Of a DNA stretch of 64,000 nt, positions 29,182-39,774 are shown one piece after another (the stretch's first letter is position 1; each line of letters begins with the position of its first letter). The stretch is taken from assembly GCA_031408335.1 (NCBI GenBank), contig JANNWH010000014.1:8784-72783 (forward strand), written 5' to 3'. The notes under the pieces are model-generated. The model was given only the letters and a program-made list of their open reading frames with translations. It had not been told where the DNA came from and did no database searches. A program made the translations under genes and the position numbers. This DNA comes from Flavobacteriales bacterium. Its GTDB lineage: Bacteria > Bacteroidota > Bacteroidia > Flavobacteriales > Flavobacteriaceae.

Positions 29182-30117
29182 TTAAAAATACTGTTCTAAA
29201 TAATACAAGATTAAATCGGATACTAGAAAAATTAAAGCTAAGGATAACAACAAGGATAAAATGAAAGTACTTATGGCTAATTTCTTTAATTCGGGATCTA
29301 ATAATCTTGGCTTTTTATTTTTATAAACAGTTATTAAGTGACTAGACAAAGGAAAGTACGCCACAACAAACAAGTATTGATCAAAATTAAAATGGTTTAA
29401 AAAAGCAAATACTAAAACTAAAATCATAGCAGAAATAACTAAGAAAAAGTGGTATTTTTTTGCCCAAGCTCCTCCCATTTTTACGACTAAAGTATTTTTA
29501 TTGGATTTGGCATCTGAAGCTTCATCACGCATATTGTTTAAATTTAAAACGCCAACACTTAAAAAACCAATTGCAGTTGCAGGAAGTAACAATAACCAAT
29601 CAAAAGTTTTTGAGAACATAAAATAGATTCCGAAAGTACTTACTAATCCGAAGAAAATAAACACAAATAAATCGCCATAACCTCTATAACCATAAGCTCC
29701 TTTTCCAACTGTGTAGCGAATAGCAGAAGCAATTGCTAAAATTCCTAAAAATAAAAACACTAAAGAGTAGTATAAATAACTGTTTTTAAAAGAAAAATAA
29801 ATAAGGCAAATAGCAAACAAAAGTGTAATTATTGCCATAATTATGATTGCTCTTTTCATGGCTTGTGGCGAAATTAAACCACTTTGAATAGCTCGTTTTG
29901 GACCAACTCGATCATTATTATCAGTTCCTTTAATTCCATCACCATAATCGTTTGCAAAATTGGACAGAATTTGAAGTCCGAGTGTAGTTAACAAAGCAAA
30001 GATTACTATTTTCCAATTAAAAATAGCTTGCGACATTGCGTAGAAACTCCCAACCAAAATTCCGGAAACAGATAATGGTAATGTTCTAAGACGTGCGGCT
30101 TGGATCCAGTGTTTCAT
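29182..30117 (-). CDS. menA: 1,4-dihydroxy-2-naphthoate polyprenyltransferase
   Basis: RLRTLPLS, NFANDYGDG..GTD, NNMRD...D...K.TL. Confidence 0.93.
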   Translation of the reverse strand: MKHWIQAARLRTLPLSVSGILVGSFYAMSQAIFNWKIVIFALLTTLGLQILSNFANDYGDGIKGTDNNDRVGPKRAIQSGLISPQAMKRAIIIMAIITLLFAICLIYFSFKNSYLYYSLVFLFLGILAIASAIRYTVGKGAYGYRGYGDLFVFIFFGLVSTFGIYFMFSKTFDWLLLLPATAIGFLSVGVLNLNNMRDEASDAKSNKNTLVVKMGGAWAKKYHFFLVISAMILVLVFAFLNHFNFDQYLFVVAYFPLSSHLITVYKNKKPRLLDPELKKLAISTFILSLLLSLALIFLVSDLILYYLEQYF

Positions 30118-30165
30118 ATTTCTTTTTTTACCGCGAAGGCACTAAGGCACAAAGCTTTTTATATT

Positions 30166-31665
30166 TTACATCCAATTGCTGTCGGACGTTTCAATTTCGT
30201 ATAACCAAAGGTTGACATAGCCTTTAATTTTGTTGTAATCTCCCAGATGAAAAGCAATATTTCCTCCAGCAGTATGTATGGTTAGCGAACCAACATTGAT
30301 AGGTTTGTGCCAAAACAATTGAGAGGTTGTAATTCCTTGAATTTTATTTATTTCAATTATATTATTTACAATATCCCAAGCGCCATTTTGTTTAATAATA
30401 AAATCATCGTTTACAAAAAGACGGTAATTTCGATATCCAAAAAATAAAATTGATCCAATAAAAATAGTATAAAGAATTGTATAATTTGAAAATTCTAAAA
30501 TTGATTTTTCAACATAATTTCCAAATACAAAAAAAGCAATTACAGGCACTACAATAAATAAAAATATGGAAAAACCAAGTTTTCGCCAATTGGGTAGTAA
30601 CATTATCCCTTTTTGTGGAATTTGACTGAATAACAATTGTAATATTTCATTACTTTCATTGGTATTACAACCTGGAATTTCAATTACTGCTTTTTTACTT
30701 TTTTTATCTTCGCCAGAAGCTTGTTTTATTTTCATTTCTAAAACATCTAATTTCTTTTGGAAATAATTTCTAGAAACAGAAACAATTTGAACTTTTTCGG
30801 GTTTTATTATTGTGCTTTTAGTATCTATTAATCCGAAAGACAATAAAAGAGATCCATTTTGTTTGGTTATTTTATAGCCGAAATAACGAATTATTATTCT
30901 TAAAATATTGAAAACAAAAATGGCAATTAAAACGGTACCAATTAGTAACGAAATGGAGTTAATCACGACATCACTAGTGAAAAAATCGCCTATTTTTTTA
31001 TCGATATTCGAATTATGAGCAACTTCTTTAAGGTTGTGATAAATGGTAAAAAAGAACGTTAAAATTAATCCGAAACTTTTAAGATAATTGGATGTTAGTC
31101 CTACTTTTATCAAGCTTAAAAAACTAATTTTCAAAAATGGATTCGTATTTATTTTTGTTTCTGATACTTTAACTTCTTCAAGAGAATTTACTGTTGACTT
31201 GCTCTCATTATTAATTAATTTTGATTTTAAAGCCAACGCCAATTCGTGAGAAATGGCTTTTATTTTTCCTTCTTTATTAGAGCTCCCAGCAGTATCAACA
31301 TCAAGTGCATACACATTAATTAGTCTTTGAATTAAAGTTTGATTTATATTAACTTGTTGAATTTTATTAAGTTGGATTGTTGTTTTTGTTTTGTTTATAA
31401 TTCCCTCATTAATAATAAACTCATCATTTTCATCATCAATAAAAAAAGTAAAATTGATGTATTTTAGATAAGCTACAATTCCGATAGTAACAGTAATTAG
31501 AACAATTCCTATAACTACATAATTCTTATTTATCTCATCTGATTTGAAAGCCCAAACTAACAAAAGCGGCCAAAAGGCTTTTATATAATGTTGCAATGTA
31601 TTGACAAACATAATAACCACTCCAATTGGAGATTGCTTTTGAGGCGAATTAAAATTGTTTTCCAT
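30166..31665 (-). CDS. YdbT-like bacterial PH-domain membrane protein
   Basis: TM pairs with repeated bPH_2 domains (KIQQVNINQTL, TAGS/TAGG). Confidence 0.85.
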   Translation of the reverse strand: MENNFNSPQKQSPIGVVIMFVNTLQHYIKAFWPLLLVWAFKSDEINKNYVVIGIVLITVTIGIVAYLKYINFTFFIDDENDEFIINEGIINKTKTTIQLNKIQQVNINQTLIQRLINVYALDVDTAGSSNKEGKIKAISHELALALKSKLINNESKSTVNSLEEVKVSETKINTNPFLKISFLSLIKVGLTSNYLKSFGLILTFFFTIYHNLKEVAHNSNIDKKIGDFFTSDVVINSISLLIGTVLIAIFVFNILRIIIRYFGYKITKQNGSLLLSFGLIDTKSTIIKPEKVQIVSVSRNYFQKKLDVLEMKIKQASGEDKKSKKAVIEIPGCNTNESNEILQLLFSQIPQKGIMLLPNWRKLGFSIFLFIVVPVIAFFVFGNYVEKSILEFSNYTILYTIFIGSILFFGYRNYRLFVNDDFIIKQNGAWDIVNNIIEINKIQGITTSQLFWHKPINVGSLTIHTAGGNIAFHLGDYNKIKGYVNLWLYEIETSDSNWM

Positions 31666-32180
31666 TACAATTGTTTTTGAATTTTTCCCATCAACAATTG
31701 CTTAATATTTTCGGCTTCTTCTTTCGGAATTCCTGGAATCTCTAAATCGCTTGAACTTCCACCCGCTGTAAATATTTCAACTGTTGCCAAACCAAAAATG
31801 CGTGAAATAAACCCTTCATGTAAAGCTACATGTTGCACTCTATTATAAGGAATTACCATTGAATTTGTTGCAATAACGCCGCTTTTATATAACACATCAT
31901 GATTTCTAAAAGCATAACCTTTTTTTATAAAACCAAGGCGTAAAAAGAATACAGTTAGAGCTAAAATCACAAAATACAAAATAATAAATAGTGATTGATT
32001 TGGTTTCATTTCTGCTTTAAAGACCAAACCAAAAACAAGTGCAATGCCAACGATAACGAATAAAATCGAGCTATTGAGCAAAGTTACTTTCCAGTAGTTT
32101 TTATGCAAAGTAGTGTATACAACATCTTCAAATTTAGGAAGTTGTTTCGTATTTATTGTTTCGTTTGTAAAGTTTTCCAT
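31665..32180 (-). CDS. YdbS-like bacterial PH-domain membrane protein
   Basis: IPYNRVQHV, FGLATVEIFTAGG; overlaps the YdbT-like start. Confidence 0.88.
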   Translation of the reverse strand: MENFTNETINTKQLPKFEDVVYTTLHKNYWKVTLLNSSILFVIVGIALVFGLVFKAEMKPNQSLFIILYFVILALTVFFLRLGFIKKGYAFRNHDVLYKSGVIATNSMVIPYNRVQHVALHEGFISRIFGLATVEIFTAGGSSSDLEIPGIPKEEAENIKQLLMGKIQKQL

Positions 32181-32194
32181 TTATTTATATTATT

Positions 32195-32211
32195 ACTGAA
32201 CACTGAACACT
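32195..32211. repeat. ACTGAAC heptamer doublet
   Basis: ACTGAAC ACTGAAC ACT, same unit as the 54819 array. Confidence 0.7.
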
Positions 32212-32214
32212 TAT

Positions 32215-33054
32215 TTACGGCAGCCACTTCTTTTCAAAATTAGGTTTTCGTTTTTCCAAAAAAGCATCTCTTCCTTCTTTGGCTTCATCTGTCATATATG
32301 CCAATCGTGTTGCTTCGCCAGCAAAAACTTGTTGACCAACCATTCCGTCATCGGTTAAATTCATAGCGAATTTCAACATCTTTATAGAAGTTGGCGATTT
32401 GGCTAAAATTTCTTGAGCCCAATCGTATGCAGTATCTTCTAATTCATTGTGAGGAATAACAGCATTTACCATTCCCATATCAAAAGCTTCTTGAGCAGAA
32501 TAATTTCTTCCTAAAAAGAAAATTTCTCTTGCTTTTTTTTGACCCACCATTTTTGCTAAATACGCCGATCCATAGCCGCCATCAAAACTAGTAACATCAG
32601 CATCTGTTTGTTTAAAAATCGCATGTTCTTTACTAGCTAAAGTTAAATCGCAAACCACATGCAAACTGTGTCCGCCGCCAACTGCCCATCCTGGAACAAC
32701 AGCAATTACTGCTTTTGGCATAAAACGAATTAATCGTTGTACTTCCAAAATATTCAAACGATGCATTCCGTCGTCGCCAACATATCCTTGGCGACCACGC
32801 GCTTTTTGATCGCCGCCGCTGCAAAAAGAAAACACGCCATCTTTAGAAGATGGACCTTCGGCAGAAAGTAAAACAACACCAATAGAAGTATCTTCTTGAG
32901 CGTCGTAAAAAGCTTGGTATAATTCGGAAGTTGTTTTTGGTCTAAAAGCGTTGCGAACATTAGGCCTGTTGAAAGCAATTCGAGCAACGCCATTGCATTT
33001 TTTATAGGTTATATCTTCAAATTTTTTGGCAGTAATCCAATCAATTGTACTCAT
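32215..33054 (-). CDS. menB: 1,4-dihydroxy-2-naphthoyl-CoA synthase
   Basis: FCSGGDQ, LNILEVQRLIR, VGGGHSLH, SFDGGYGS. Confidence 0.96.
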   Translation of the reverse strand: MSTIDWITAKKFEDITYKKCNGVARIAFNRPNVRNAFRPKTTSELYQAFYDAQEDTSIGVVLLSAEGPSSKDGVFSFCSGGDQKARGRQGYVGDDGMHRLNILEVQRLIRFMPKAVIAVVPGWAVGGGHSLHVVCDLTLASKEHAIFKQTDADVTSFDGGYGSAYLAKMVGQKKAREIFFLGRNYSAQEAFDMGMVNAVIPHNELEDTAYDWAQEILAKSPTSIKMLKFAMNLTDDGMVGQQVFAGEATRLAYMTDEAKEGRDAFLEKRKPNFEKKWLP

Positions 33055-33373
33055 TAAATTTTAATTAGTGTTAAAAAAAAGTAGCTACTAATATTATAGT
33101 GTAAAAATAAACCATTTTTTGAGTAAACGATTATAAAAAATCAAATACAAATGAACAAAATAGCCATAGTATTAACATTTACATTAAAAAGTATTTAAGT
33201 TATTACCTCTTCAGAATTTCAAATTTATTAAAAATTAGTTGTGATTTTTCAATTAGAATGTAAGATGGATAAAGTCTAAAATACAAACTTCAGTAGTAAT
33301 TTAGTGTAGTAGAAACATTTATATTAAATAAAAATGTAAATTTGTGTTGCGTATAGCAAAATAAAATTTGATA

Positions 33374-33799
33374 ATGAAGAATTTCCTTTCGTCTAAAAAT
33401 GCATTTACCATAGTTATATTATGGAGTGTTGTGCTGTTTATGGTTGCAATGTTAGGCTATAATTTCACAAAAGGCGAATTCTCAATTGCACCTTTTATCA
33501 TTCTTGCATTAGCAACTGCTATGATTATTTGGGTATTATTAGATACACGATATGTAATAAAAAACAATTTTTTATTGTATCGATCTGGACCATTTAGAGG
33601 TCGAATTGACATTTCTAAAATTCAAAAAATAAAGCGTCATTCAGGAATGTTTGTTCCAGTTTCAATGAAACCAGCTCTTGACACCAAAGGATTTATCATC
33701 ACAATAAACAATTTTGATGATGTATTTGTATCTCCAAAAAATAGTGATATTTTTCTAAAAGAAATTCAGAAAATTAATCCTAAAGTAGAAATTGTATAA
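33374..33799 (+). CDS. PH-domain membrane protein
   Basis: Two TM helices then LYRSGPFRGRIDISKI...PALD...VSPKN. Confidence 0.8.
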   Translation: MKNFLSSKNAFTIVILWSVVLFMVAMLGYNFTKGEFSIAPFIILALATAMIIWVLLDTRYVIKNNFLLYRSGPFRGRIDISKIQKIKRHSGMFVPVSMKPALDTKGFIITINNFDDVFVSPKNSDIFLKEIQKINPKVEIV

Positions 33800-33808
33800 A
33801 TCAATTTT

Positions 33809-34642
33809 TTATTCTTTTATCAAATAAATTCCGTCATCCTTAATTTCAATTTGCTTCTGACGGTAGAGATTTCCGATAGCTTTTTTGAAATTCTTTTTAC
33901 TCATTTGTAAAACAGTTTTGATATCTTCGGGATGCGAATTATCATTTAATCGTAAAAAACCACGACTTGCTCTTAATTCAGTTATAATTTTCTCTGCATT
34001 AGGTTCAATAGCTTCAAAGCCAAGTTTATTAAACGAAACATCTATTTTCCCGTCGGGACGAATATTTTTAATATACCCTTTTAATCGTTGACCGGGTTTT
34101 ACTTCTTTGTATACTTCATCTTTATAAGCTAATCCTTTGTGCTTTTCATTTATGATTACGTTAATTCCAATTTCGGTAATGTGTGAAACTATTATATCGA
34201 CTTCTTCATTGTTTTCTAAAGATATATTTTCATTATCTAAAAACTGATTGGTTTTACTAGATGCAGTTAAACGATTGGTTTTTTCATCCATATACAAATA
34301 CACCAAATAGCGTTTGCCTTGTTCCATTGGACGTGCTTGTTCTTTAAAAGGAACAAACAAATCTTTCTCTAATCCCCAATCTAAAAAAGCACCAAATTCG
34401 TTTATGTAATTGACCCGCAACCAACCAAATTCGTTTAAAACTATATAAGGTTCTAAAGTGGTTGCAACAGGACGTTCCTCGTGATCTAAATAAACAAAAA
34501 CAGCTATTTCGTCATCCAATTCAAAATGCTCAGGAACATATTTATTAGGTAATAATACATCGTCATCTCCATCCATTAAAAACAAACCAACTTGGGTATC
34601 TCTATCTATTCGTAAGGTATTAAATTGGCCTATCTTTATCAT
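33809..34642 (-). CDS. cvfB: S1-domain RNA-binding protein CvfB family
   Basis: GAFLDWGLEKDLFVP, SKKNFKKAIGNLY. Confidence 0.9.
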   Translation of the reverse strand: MIKIGQFNTLRIDRDTQVGLFLMDGDDDVLLPNKYVPEHFELDDEIAVFVYLDHEERPVATTLEPYIVLNEFGWLRVNYINEFGAFLDWGLEKDLFVPFKEQARPMEQGKRYLVYLYMDEKTNRLTASSKTNQFLDNENISLENNEEVDIIVSHITEIGINVIINEKHKGLAYKDEVYKEVKPGQRLKGYIKNIRPDGKIDVSFNKLGFEAIEPNAEKIITELRASRGFLRLNDNSHPEDIKTVLQMSKKNFKKAIGNLYRQKQIEIKDDGIYLIKE

Positions 34643-34723
34643 TTTATGGTAATTTGTGCAAAGGTACGAAATTGAATTGCGACCCGAAAAAAATAAAATT
34701 TTTATTTTTTGAACTGGCGAAGC

Positions 34724-34751
34724 AATTATGAATTACAAATTATGAATTGTT
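34724..34751. repeat. Degenerate AATTATG heptamer tract
   Basis: AATTATG AATTACA AATTATG AATTGTT. Confidence 0.5.
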
Positions 34752-34793
34752 GTTAATTGATTATATTTGAAAACTACACTAATCAATACACCA

Positions 34794-35222
34794 ATGTCAA
34801 TTCTTGATCAAAATAAAATAGAGGCTGAGGAAATTGATTATTTATATGTAAATGAATCACAACTTGTCAATTCAGGCAATGGCTTATTTACCGCAATTGA
34901 CATTTATAAAGAGGAAATAATTGCAATTTTTAAAGGAGATATTTTATCTAATAATGAATCTGATACAAGAGCAAAACAAGGAAATGACAAGTATTTTATG
35001 AATTTATTAAACGGAAGTATTTTAGATTGTATGCATACGAATTGCTTTGCAAAATACGCTAATGATGCTATTGGTTTTACAAAATCAAATTTTAAAAATA
35101 ATGCTAAAATAACATTAGACGAAAACAAAAATGTTTGTTTAATTGCGATTAAAAAAATTAAATCGGGTGAAGAAATTTTTTGTGATTACGGAAAGAAATA
35201 TTGGAAAAAACATCGATTTTAA
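34794..35222 (+). CDS. SET-domain protein (putative lysine methyltransferase)
   Basis: SGNGLFT, KYAND, IKSGEEIFCDYG..YW; alternative TTG start at 34767. Confidence 0.85.
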   Translation: MSILDQNKIEAEEIDYLYVNESQLVNSGNGLFTAIDIYKEEIIAIFKGDILSNNESDTRAKQGNDKYFMNLLNGSILDCMHTNCFAKYANDAIGFTKSNFKNNAKITLDENKNVCLIAIKKIKSGEEIFCDYGKKYWKKHRF

Positions 35223-35265
35223 ATTTAATTTTATACTTTTAACTTTTTGATTTAAAACTATTTAC

Positions 35266-36807
35266 ATGAAAAAATCAGTATTGCTTTTTGCATTATTAAC
35301 TACATTCATTATTAATTCACAATCATTTGAATGGGTAAAAACGCCTCCTATTGTATTCAATTCGTCGCCATCTTCAATAGGATATACTACAGTTTGTGAC
35401 ACTTTTGGAAACATATATGTAACCGGATTTGTAAATAATTTGTATACCAATAATGGTTCATATGGTGATATATTTTATAACAAATATGATAATTCAGGTC
35501 AATTACTGTTTTCTAAAACCATTACTGGAAAAGCCCAGGTATATGATATTCAGAGTGATTCATCTGGAAATATTTATGTTGCTGCTGCTTATTTTCAATC
35601 TATGACTATTGACAACACTACTATTTCGACAACTTCTCAAACTGTAAAACCTTTGTTACTAAAATTTAATGCTGCAGGAACACTTTTATGGCATATTGAA
35701 ATATCGAGTTTTAATACATCCATAAATTATTTTAATTCCATTGCAATCGATAACACTGATTCGCTTTATATAGGTTATTCCAATTATAATTTTTCATATG
35801 TAAAAAAATTAGACACAAATGGCAATGTGCTTTTAACTATTGAACAACAAAATGTAAGTATAATTTCGTCAGTTAGTGTTGACGATGAAGGATATATTTA
35901 TACAGCTGGTTCTTGTGCCAATTCCAATTCAAAGTTTGCGAATGTAACCGTGCCAGCCACTTTTTCATACAATTCTTATTTAGCAAAATATTCTCCAACT
36001 GGAGTTTATCAATGGGTAAAATTTGTACAAGATTTTTCTTGTTTAGAACCACAAGTAAAAGCTAAAAGTCAAAATGAAGTCTATTTTAGTTCAACTCTAA
36101 ATGGAGCTTATTCATTTGATAATATCACAGCTTCAGGTCCGATTGGTGGTTATGATTTTTTTATTGCCAAACTCAATTCTACAGGAGTTTTCCAATGGGT
36201 TCGTGAAGCTCCTGTAAATGGAAAAGCTTATGTTGGTAAAAGAAATTTTCTTAGTTTAGACAATTTTGGTAATATTTACTTTGCAGGAAGTACATCCGGA
36301 ACTATAAATTGGGGAAACAATATAACTACAGTGTCAACTATTTATCAGGATGGATTGATTCTTAAATATAATCCAAGCGGAACAATATTGATGGCAAAAA
36401 CTGCAGGAGGAGCAGATACTGATCGTTTTGATGGGGTTACGACAAATAATTTAGGTGATATATTTGTTTCTGGAATAGTTCGAGGAACTACAAATTTTGA
36501 TGCCATTCAGCATGTGGAAACGAATCCATTTAAGTTTTATCCAATTCTAGCAAAAATCAATAGCACCAATTTAGATGTTACATCATTTAATGTTGAAACT
36601 GCTAAATTATATCCAAATCCAACTTCTGATTATTTTTATATACACAATGCTAAAATGTATTCTAAAGGTCAAATTTACACAGTTTTAGGTGAAAAAATTA
36701 AAGATTTTGAAATCAACACTACTTCAGTTTCTATTAGTGAGTTATCAACTGGAACTTATTTTATAAAATTAGAAGATAATACAACTTTTAAATTAATAAA
36801 ATCTTAA
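35266..36807 (+). CDS. T9SS type A cargo protein with beta-propeller (SBBP-like) repeats
   Basis: Signal peptide; repeated D..GNIYV.G / LAKY...G..QW; CTD LYPNPTSD...ISELSTGTYFIK...FKLIK. Confidence 0.88.
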   Translation: MKKSVLLFALLTTFIINSQSFEWVKTPPIVFNSSPSSIGYTTVCDTFGNIYVTGFVNNLYTNNGSYGDIFYNKYDNSGQLLFSKTITGKAQVYDIQSDSSGNIYVAAAYFQSMTIDNTTISTTSQTVKPLLLKFNAAGTLLWHIEISSFNTSINYFNSIAIDNTDSLYIGYSNYNFSYVKKLDTNGNVLLTIEQQNVSIISSVSVDDEGYIYTAGSCANSNSKFANVTVPATFSYNSYLAKYSPTGVYQWVKFVQDFSCLEPQVKAKSQNEVYFSSTLNGAYSFDNITASGPIGGYDFFIAKLNSTGVFQWVREAPVNGKAYVGKRNFLSLDNFGNIYFAGSTSGTINWGNNITTVSTIYQDGLILKYNPSGTILMAKTAGGADTDRFDGVTTNNLGDIFVSGIVRGTTNFDAIQHVETNPFKFYPILAKINSTNLDVTSFNVETAKLYPNPTSDYFYIHNAKMYSKGQIYTVLGEKIKDFEINTTSVSISELSTGTYFIKLEDNTTFKLIKS

Positions 36808-38462
36808 ACCAACTCCTTAAAATACTGCAATAGAATTTCATCATTTTCTAGTGTTGGCGTAAAAACTTCCAATAAAAATGGTTTATCATTTTGAAGATAC
36901 ATTTCCTCTAATTTTTTAACTAATGATATTTTATTACTTGCAATATGATAGTCAAAACCATACATTTTAGCCAAATGCTCAGCCGTTAAACAATGAGATG
37001 TTTCAAAAAAGGTATTAAAAACTGGCGTTTCTGCATGTCCAGGTAAAATTCTAAAAATTCCGCCACCACCATTGTTAATTAAAATAATTTTAAAATTTTT
37101 CGGAATATAATTATTCCATAACGCATTGCTATCGTATAAAAATCCGATATCTCCAGTGATTAAAACCGTTGGTTTTTTACTTCCTAATGCTGCTCCAATT
37201 GCAGTTGATGTACTTCCGTCAATTCCGCTTGTGCCTCGATTACAAAACACTTCTACTGAACTTTCAATTAAAAACAATTGCGCATATCGAATAGCCGAAC
37301 TATTACTAACTTGCAAATGAGTGTTTTTTGGCAAAGTTTCCAAAATAATTTCAAAAGCTTTTAAATCGGAGAACGGTATTTTCTCTAAATACTCTTTATG
37401 TTTTTTTAATCTTAAAAGTTGTAATTGATGCGTTGTAGCATTGTAGTCACTTTCGATTCTTTCGGTTAAACTAAAAAATGAGTTAAAAAAAACATTTGGA
37501 GTAACTTTAAAATGTTTTGTCAAACAGCCAAAAGTATTGTACGCACGTAATGCATCAATATGCCAATGTTGTTTTGGTTGGTATTTTCTTAAAAAAGATT
37601 TAATCCTTTTAGAAACAATCATTCCGCCAAATGTTATTAAAATATCGGGTTGGAAATCTAGGAAATCATCGTGAGTAAAAGGTGTAATTATAGTATCGAT
37701 ATTGGTAATCAAATTTTCATGATGTAAATTAGAAGTTGTTTCGGTCATTACTACAACCGAATTATCATTGGCTAATCGGTCAATAATTGCTTTATCAATT
37801 GCATTTGGATAATTAGTTCCGACTAAAATCAGTTTCTTTTTTGCTGAATTCCAATCGTTAGCAAATCCTGAAATTGAATCGTCAATTGTAAACTTTTTAT
37901 TTGTTGCTGAAAGTAGTTTAGGAGCAACTAAAAGTGAATCTGTAGTTTCATACAAAGGTTCTTCAAAAGGTGCGTTAATATGAACTGGTCCACATTTTAA
38001 AATTGCTATATTGATGGCTTCATCGATTAAAAAATCGTTTTCATCTGAAGCATTTTCATCCAAATTAGCATTAAAAAGCGAATGATTTTGAAATACATTT
38101 GTCTGTCGAATGGTTTGTCCGTCACCAATATCAATTTTACTTTTTGGACGATCTGCAGAGACTACAATAAGTGGAACTTGACTATAAAATGCTTCAGCAA
38201 AAGCGGGATAATAGTTTAGTAATGCCGAGCCCGATGTACAAACAACAGCAACTGGTTTTTTTATTTGCTGTGCTATTCCCAAAGCGAAAAAAGCAGCGCA
38301 ACGTTCATCGGCGATACTATAACACGTAAAACTTGGATGAGTTGTAAATCCGATAGTTAATGGAGCATTTCTGGAACCTGGAGAAATTATTATGTGTTGA
38401 ATTCCTTTTGCACGAAAAATTTCGATAATTGTTTGTGCCAAAGGTATTTTTGGGTAAATCAT
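36804..38462 (-). CDS. menD: SEPHCHC synthase
   Basis: SPGSRNAPL, DERCAAFFALG, CTSGSA, NRGTSGIDG, GDIGFLYDSN. Confidence 0.96.
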   Translation of the reverse strand: MIYPKIPLAQTIIEIFRAKGIQHIIISPGSRNAPLTIGFTTHPSFTCYSIADERCAAFFALGIAQQIKKPVAVVCTSGSALLNYYPAFAEAFYSQVPLIVVSADRPKSKIDIGDGQTIRQTNVFQNHSLFNANLDENASDENDFLIDEAINIAILKCGPVHINAPFEEPLYETTDSLLVAPKLLSATNKKFTIDDSISGFANDWNSAKKKLILVGTNYPNAIDKAIIDRLANDNSVVVMTETTSNLHHENLITNIDTIITPFTHDDFLDFQPDILITFGGMIVSKRIKSFLRKYQPKQHWHIDALRAYNTFGCLTKHFKVTPNVFFNSFFSLTERIESDYNATTHQLQLLRLKKHKEYLEKIPFSDLKAFEIILETLPKNTHLQVSNSSAIRYAQLFLIESSVEVFCNRGTSGIDGSTSTAIGAALGSKKPTVLITGDIGFLYDSNALWNNYIPKNFKIILINNGGGGIFRILPGHAETPVFNTFFETSHCLTAEHLAKMYGFDYHIASNKISLVKKLEEMYLQNDKPFLLEVFTPTLENDEILLQYFKELV

Positions 38463-38594
38463 TCTTTAAGTATAGGAGTTTAAAAAGTTTAGAAGTTTAT
38501 TCCTAAAAAAACCAATACAAAGTTACAAAGTTGTAAAGTAATAATTCTTATTTTAAGATTTTTTTAAATGATGTAGAAATGTTATTTTTGAAAG

Positions 38595-39089
38595 ATGGAA
38601 ATTAATATCAGACCTTATAAAATTGAAGATGCTCAAGCCATTTTAGAAATCATTAATTATAATATTCTAACTTCTACGGCATTATATGATTATCAACCGA
38701 GAACATTAACCAATCAAATCGCCATTTTTGAAGATAAATTAAGTAAAGGTTTTCCTATTATTGTTGCTTTAATTGCTGATAAAGTAGTGGGTTTTGGCTA
38801 TTACAGTGAATTTCGCTTTCGCGAAGCTTATAAATTTACAGTAGAACATTCGGTTTATGTAGCTCAAGAGTTCATAGGAAATGGGATTGGAAAACTCTTG
38901 TTGAAGGGATTAATCGATTTGGCTAAAGCTCAAAAACTGCATACTATAATTGGTGTAATCGATTCAGAGAATCAAAGTAGTATAACTTTTCATGAGCAAT
39001 TCGGATTTGAAATTGTTGGAATAATTAAAGAATCTGGATTTAAATTTGACCGATGGTTGCACAGTGTGATAATGCAAAAAATGGTATAA
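38595..39089 (+). CDS. GNAT N-acetyltransferase (phosphinothricin acetyltransferase-like)
   Basis: FRFREAYKFTVEHSVYV, G.GIGKLLL, S..FHE.FGF, GFKFDRW. Confidence 0.9.
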   Translation: MEINIRPYKIEDAQAILEIINYNILTSTALYDYQPRTLTNQIAIFEDKLSKGFPIIVALIADKVVGFGYYSEFRFREAYKFTVEHSVYVAQEFIGNGIGKLLLKGLIDLAKAQKLHTIIGVIDSENQSSITFHEQFGFEIVGIIKESGFKFDRWLHSVIMQKMV

Positions 39090-39090
39090 A

Positions 39091-39122
39091 AAAAAGCGAT
39101 TTTCAAATGAAAATCGCTTTTT
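39091..39122. terminator. Bidirectional terminator
   Basis: AAAAAGCGATTTTCA-aa-TGAAAATCGCTTTTT between convergent genes. Confidence 0.8.
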
Positions 39123-39150
39123 AAATTATGAAATTAAATTTTATTTAGTT

Positions 39151-39774
39151 TTAATTAATCAAGCTAGTAATTTCTTCACTCATCGGAGTAATTTTAGATG
39201 GAAATACAGCTATTAATTCACCATTTTCATTAATTAGGTACTTTTGAAAATTCCATTCTACTGTACTATCTTCTAAACCATTTTTACCTTTTTGAGTTAA
39301 AAACTCATAGATATCACACTTATCTTTTCCGTCTACTGATACTTTTTCCATCATTGGAAAAGTAACTCCGTAATTTTTAGTGCAAAATGCTTTAATTTCC
39401 TTATTTGTACCAGGCTCTTGACCACCAAAATTGTTTGTAGGAAATCCGACAATTACAAAATTTTCTTTTATATATTTTTGATATAACTCTTCTAATTCTT
39501 TATATTGAGGAGTATAGCCACATTCTGATGCAGTATTAACAATTAGTATTTTTTTTCCTTTTAGTTTTAGAAAATCAAATTCTTTTCCGTCAATATCTTT
39601 TACTTTGTATGAATAAATAGTAGGCTTGTTCATTGTTTTTGTACTTTTTGTTTCTACAGATTTAGTATTAGAAATAGGTGAAGTTGTTTGTAATTTATTT
39701 TTATTATCCTGAGCATTGCTTTGATTACAAAATAGAACTACTACACCACAAATTAAAGAAAATAAATTTTTCAT
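39151..39774 (-). CDS. Exported glutathione peroxidase family protein
   Basis: VNTASECGYT, GFPTNNFGGQEPG, WNFQKYLI; signal peptide. Confidence 0.92.
   Translation of the reverse strand: MKNLFSLICGVVVLFCNQSNAQDNKNKLQTTSPISNTKSVETKSTKTMNKPTIYSYKVKDIDGKEFDFLKLKGKKILIVNTASECGYTPQYKELEELYQKYIKENFVIVGFPTNNFGGQEPGTNKEIKAFCTKNYGVTFPMMEKVSVDGKDKCDIYEFLTQKGKNGLEDSTVEWNFQKYLINENGELIAVFPSKITPMSEEITSLIN

Noticed and set aside
4124-38462. Dispersed men genes with menE absent
   Set aside because: Scattered men genes are unremarkable here, and menE may lie outside the window
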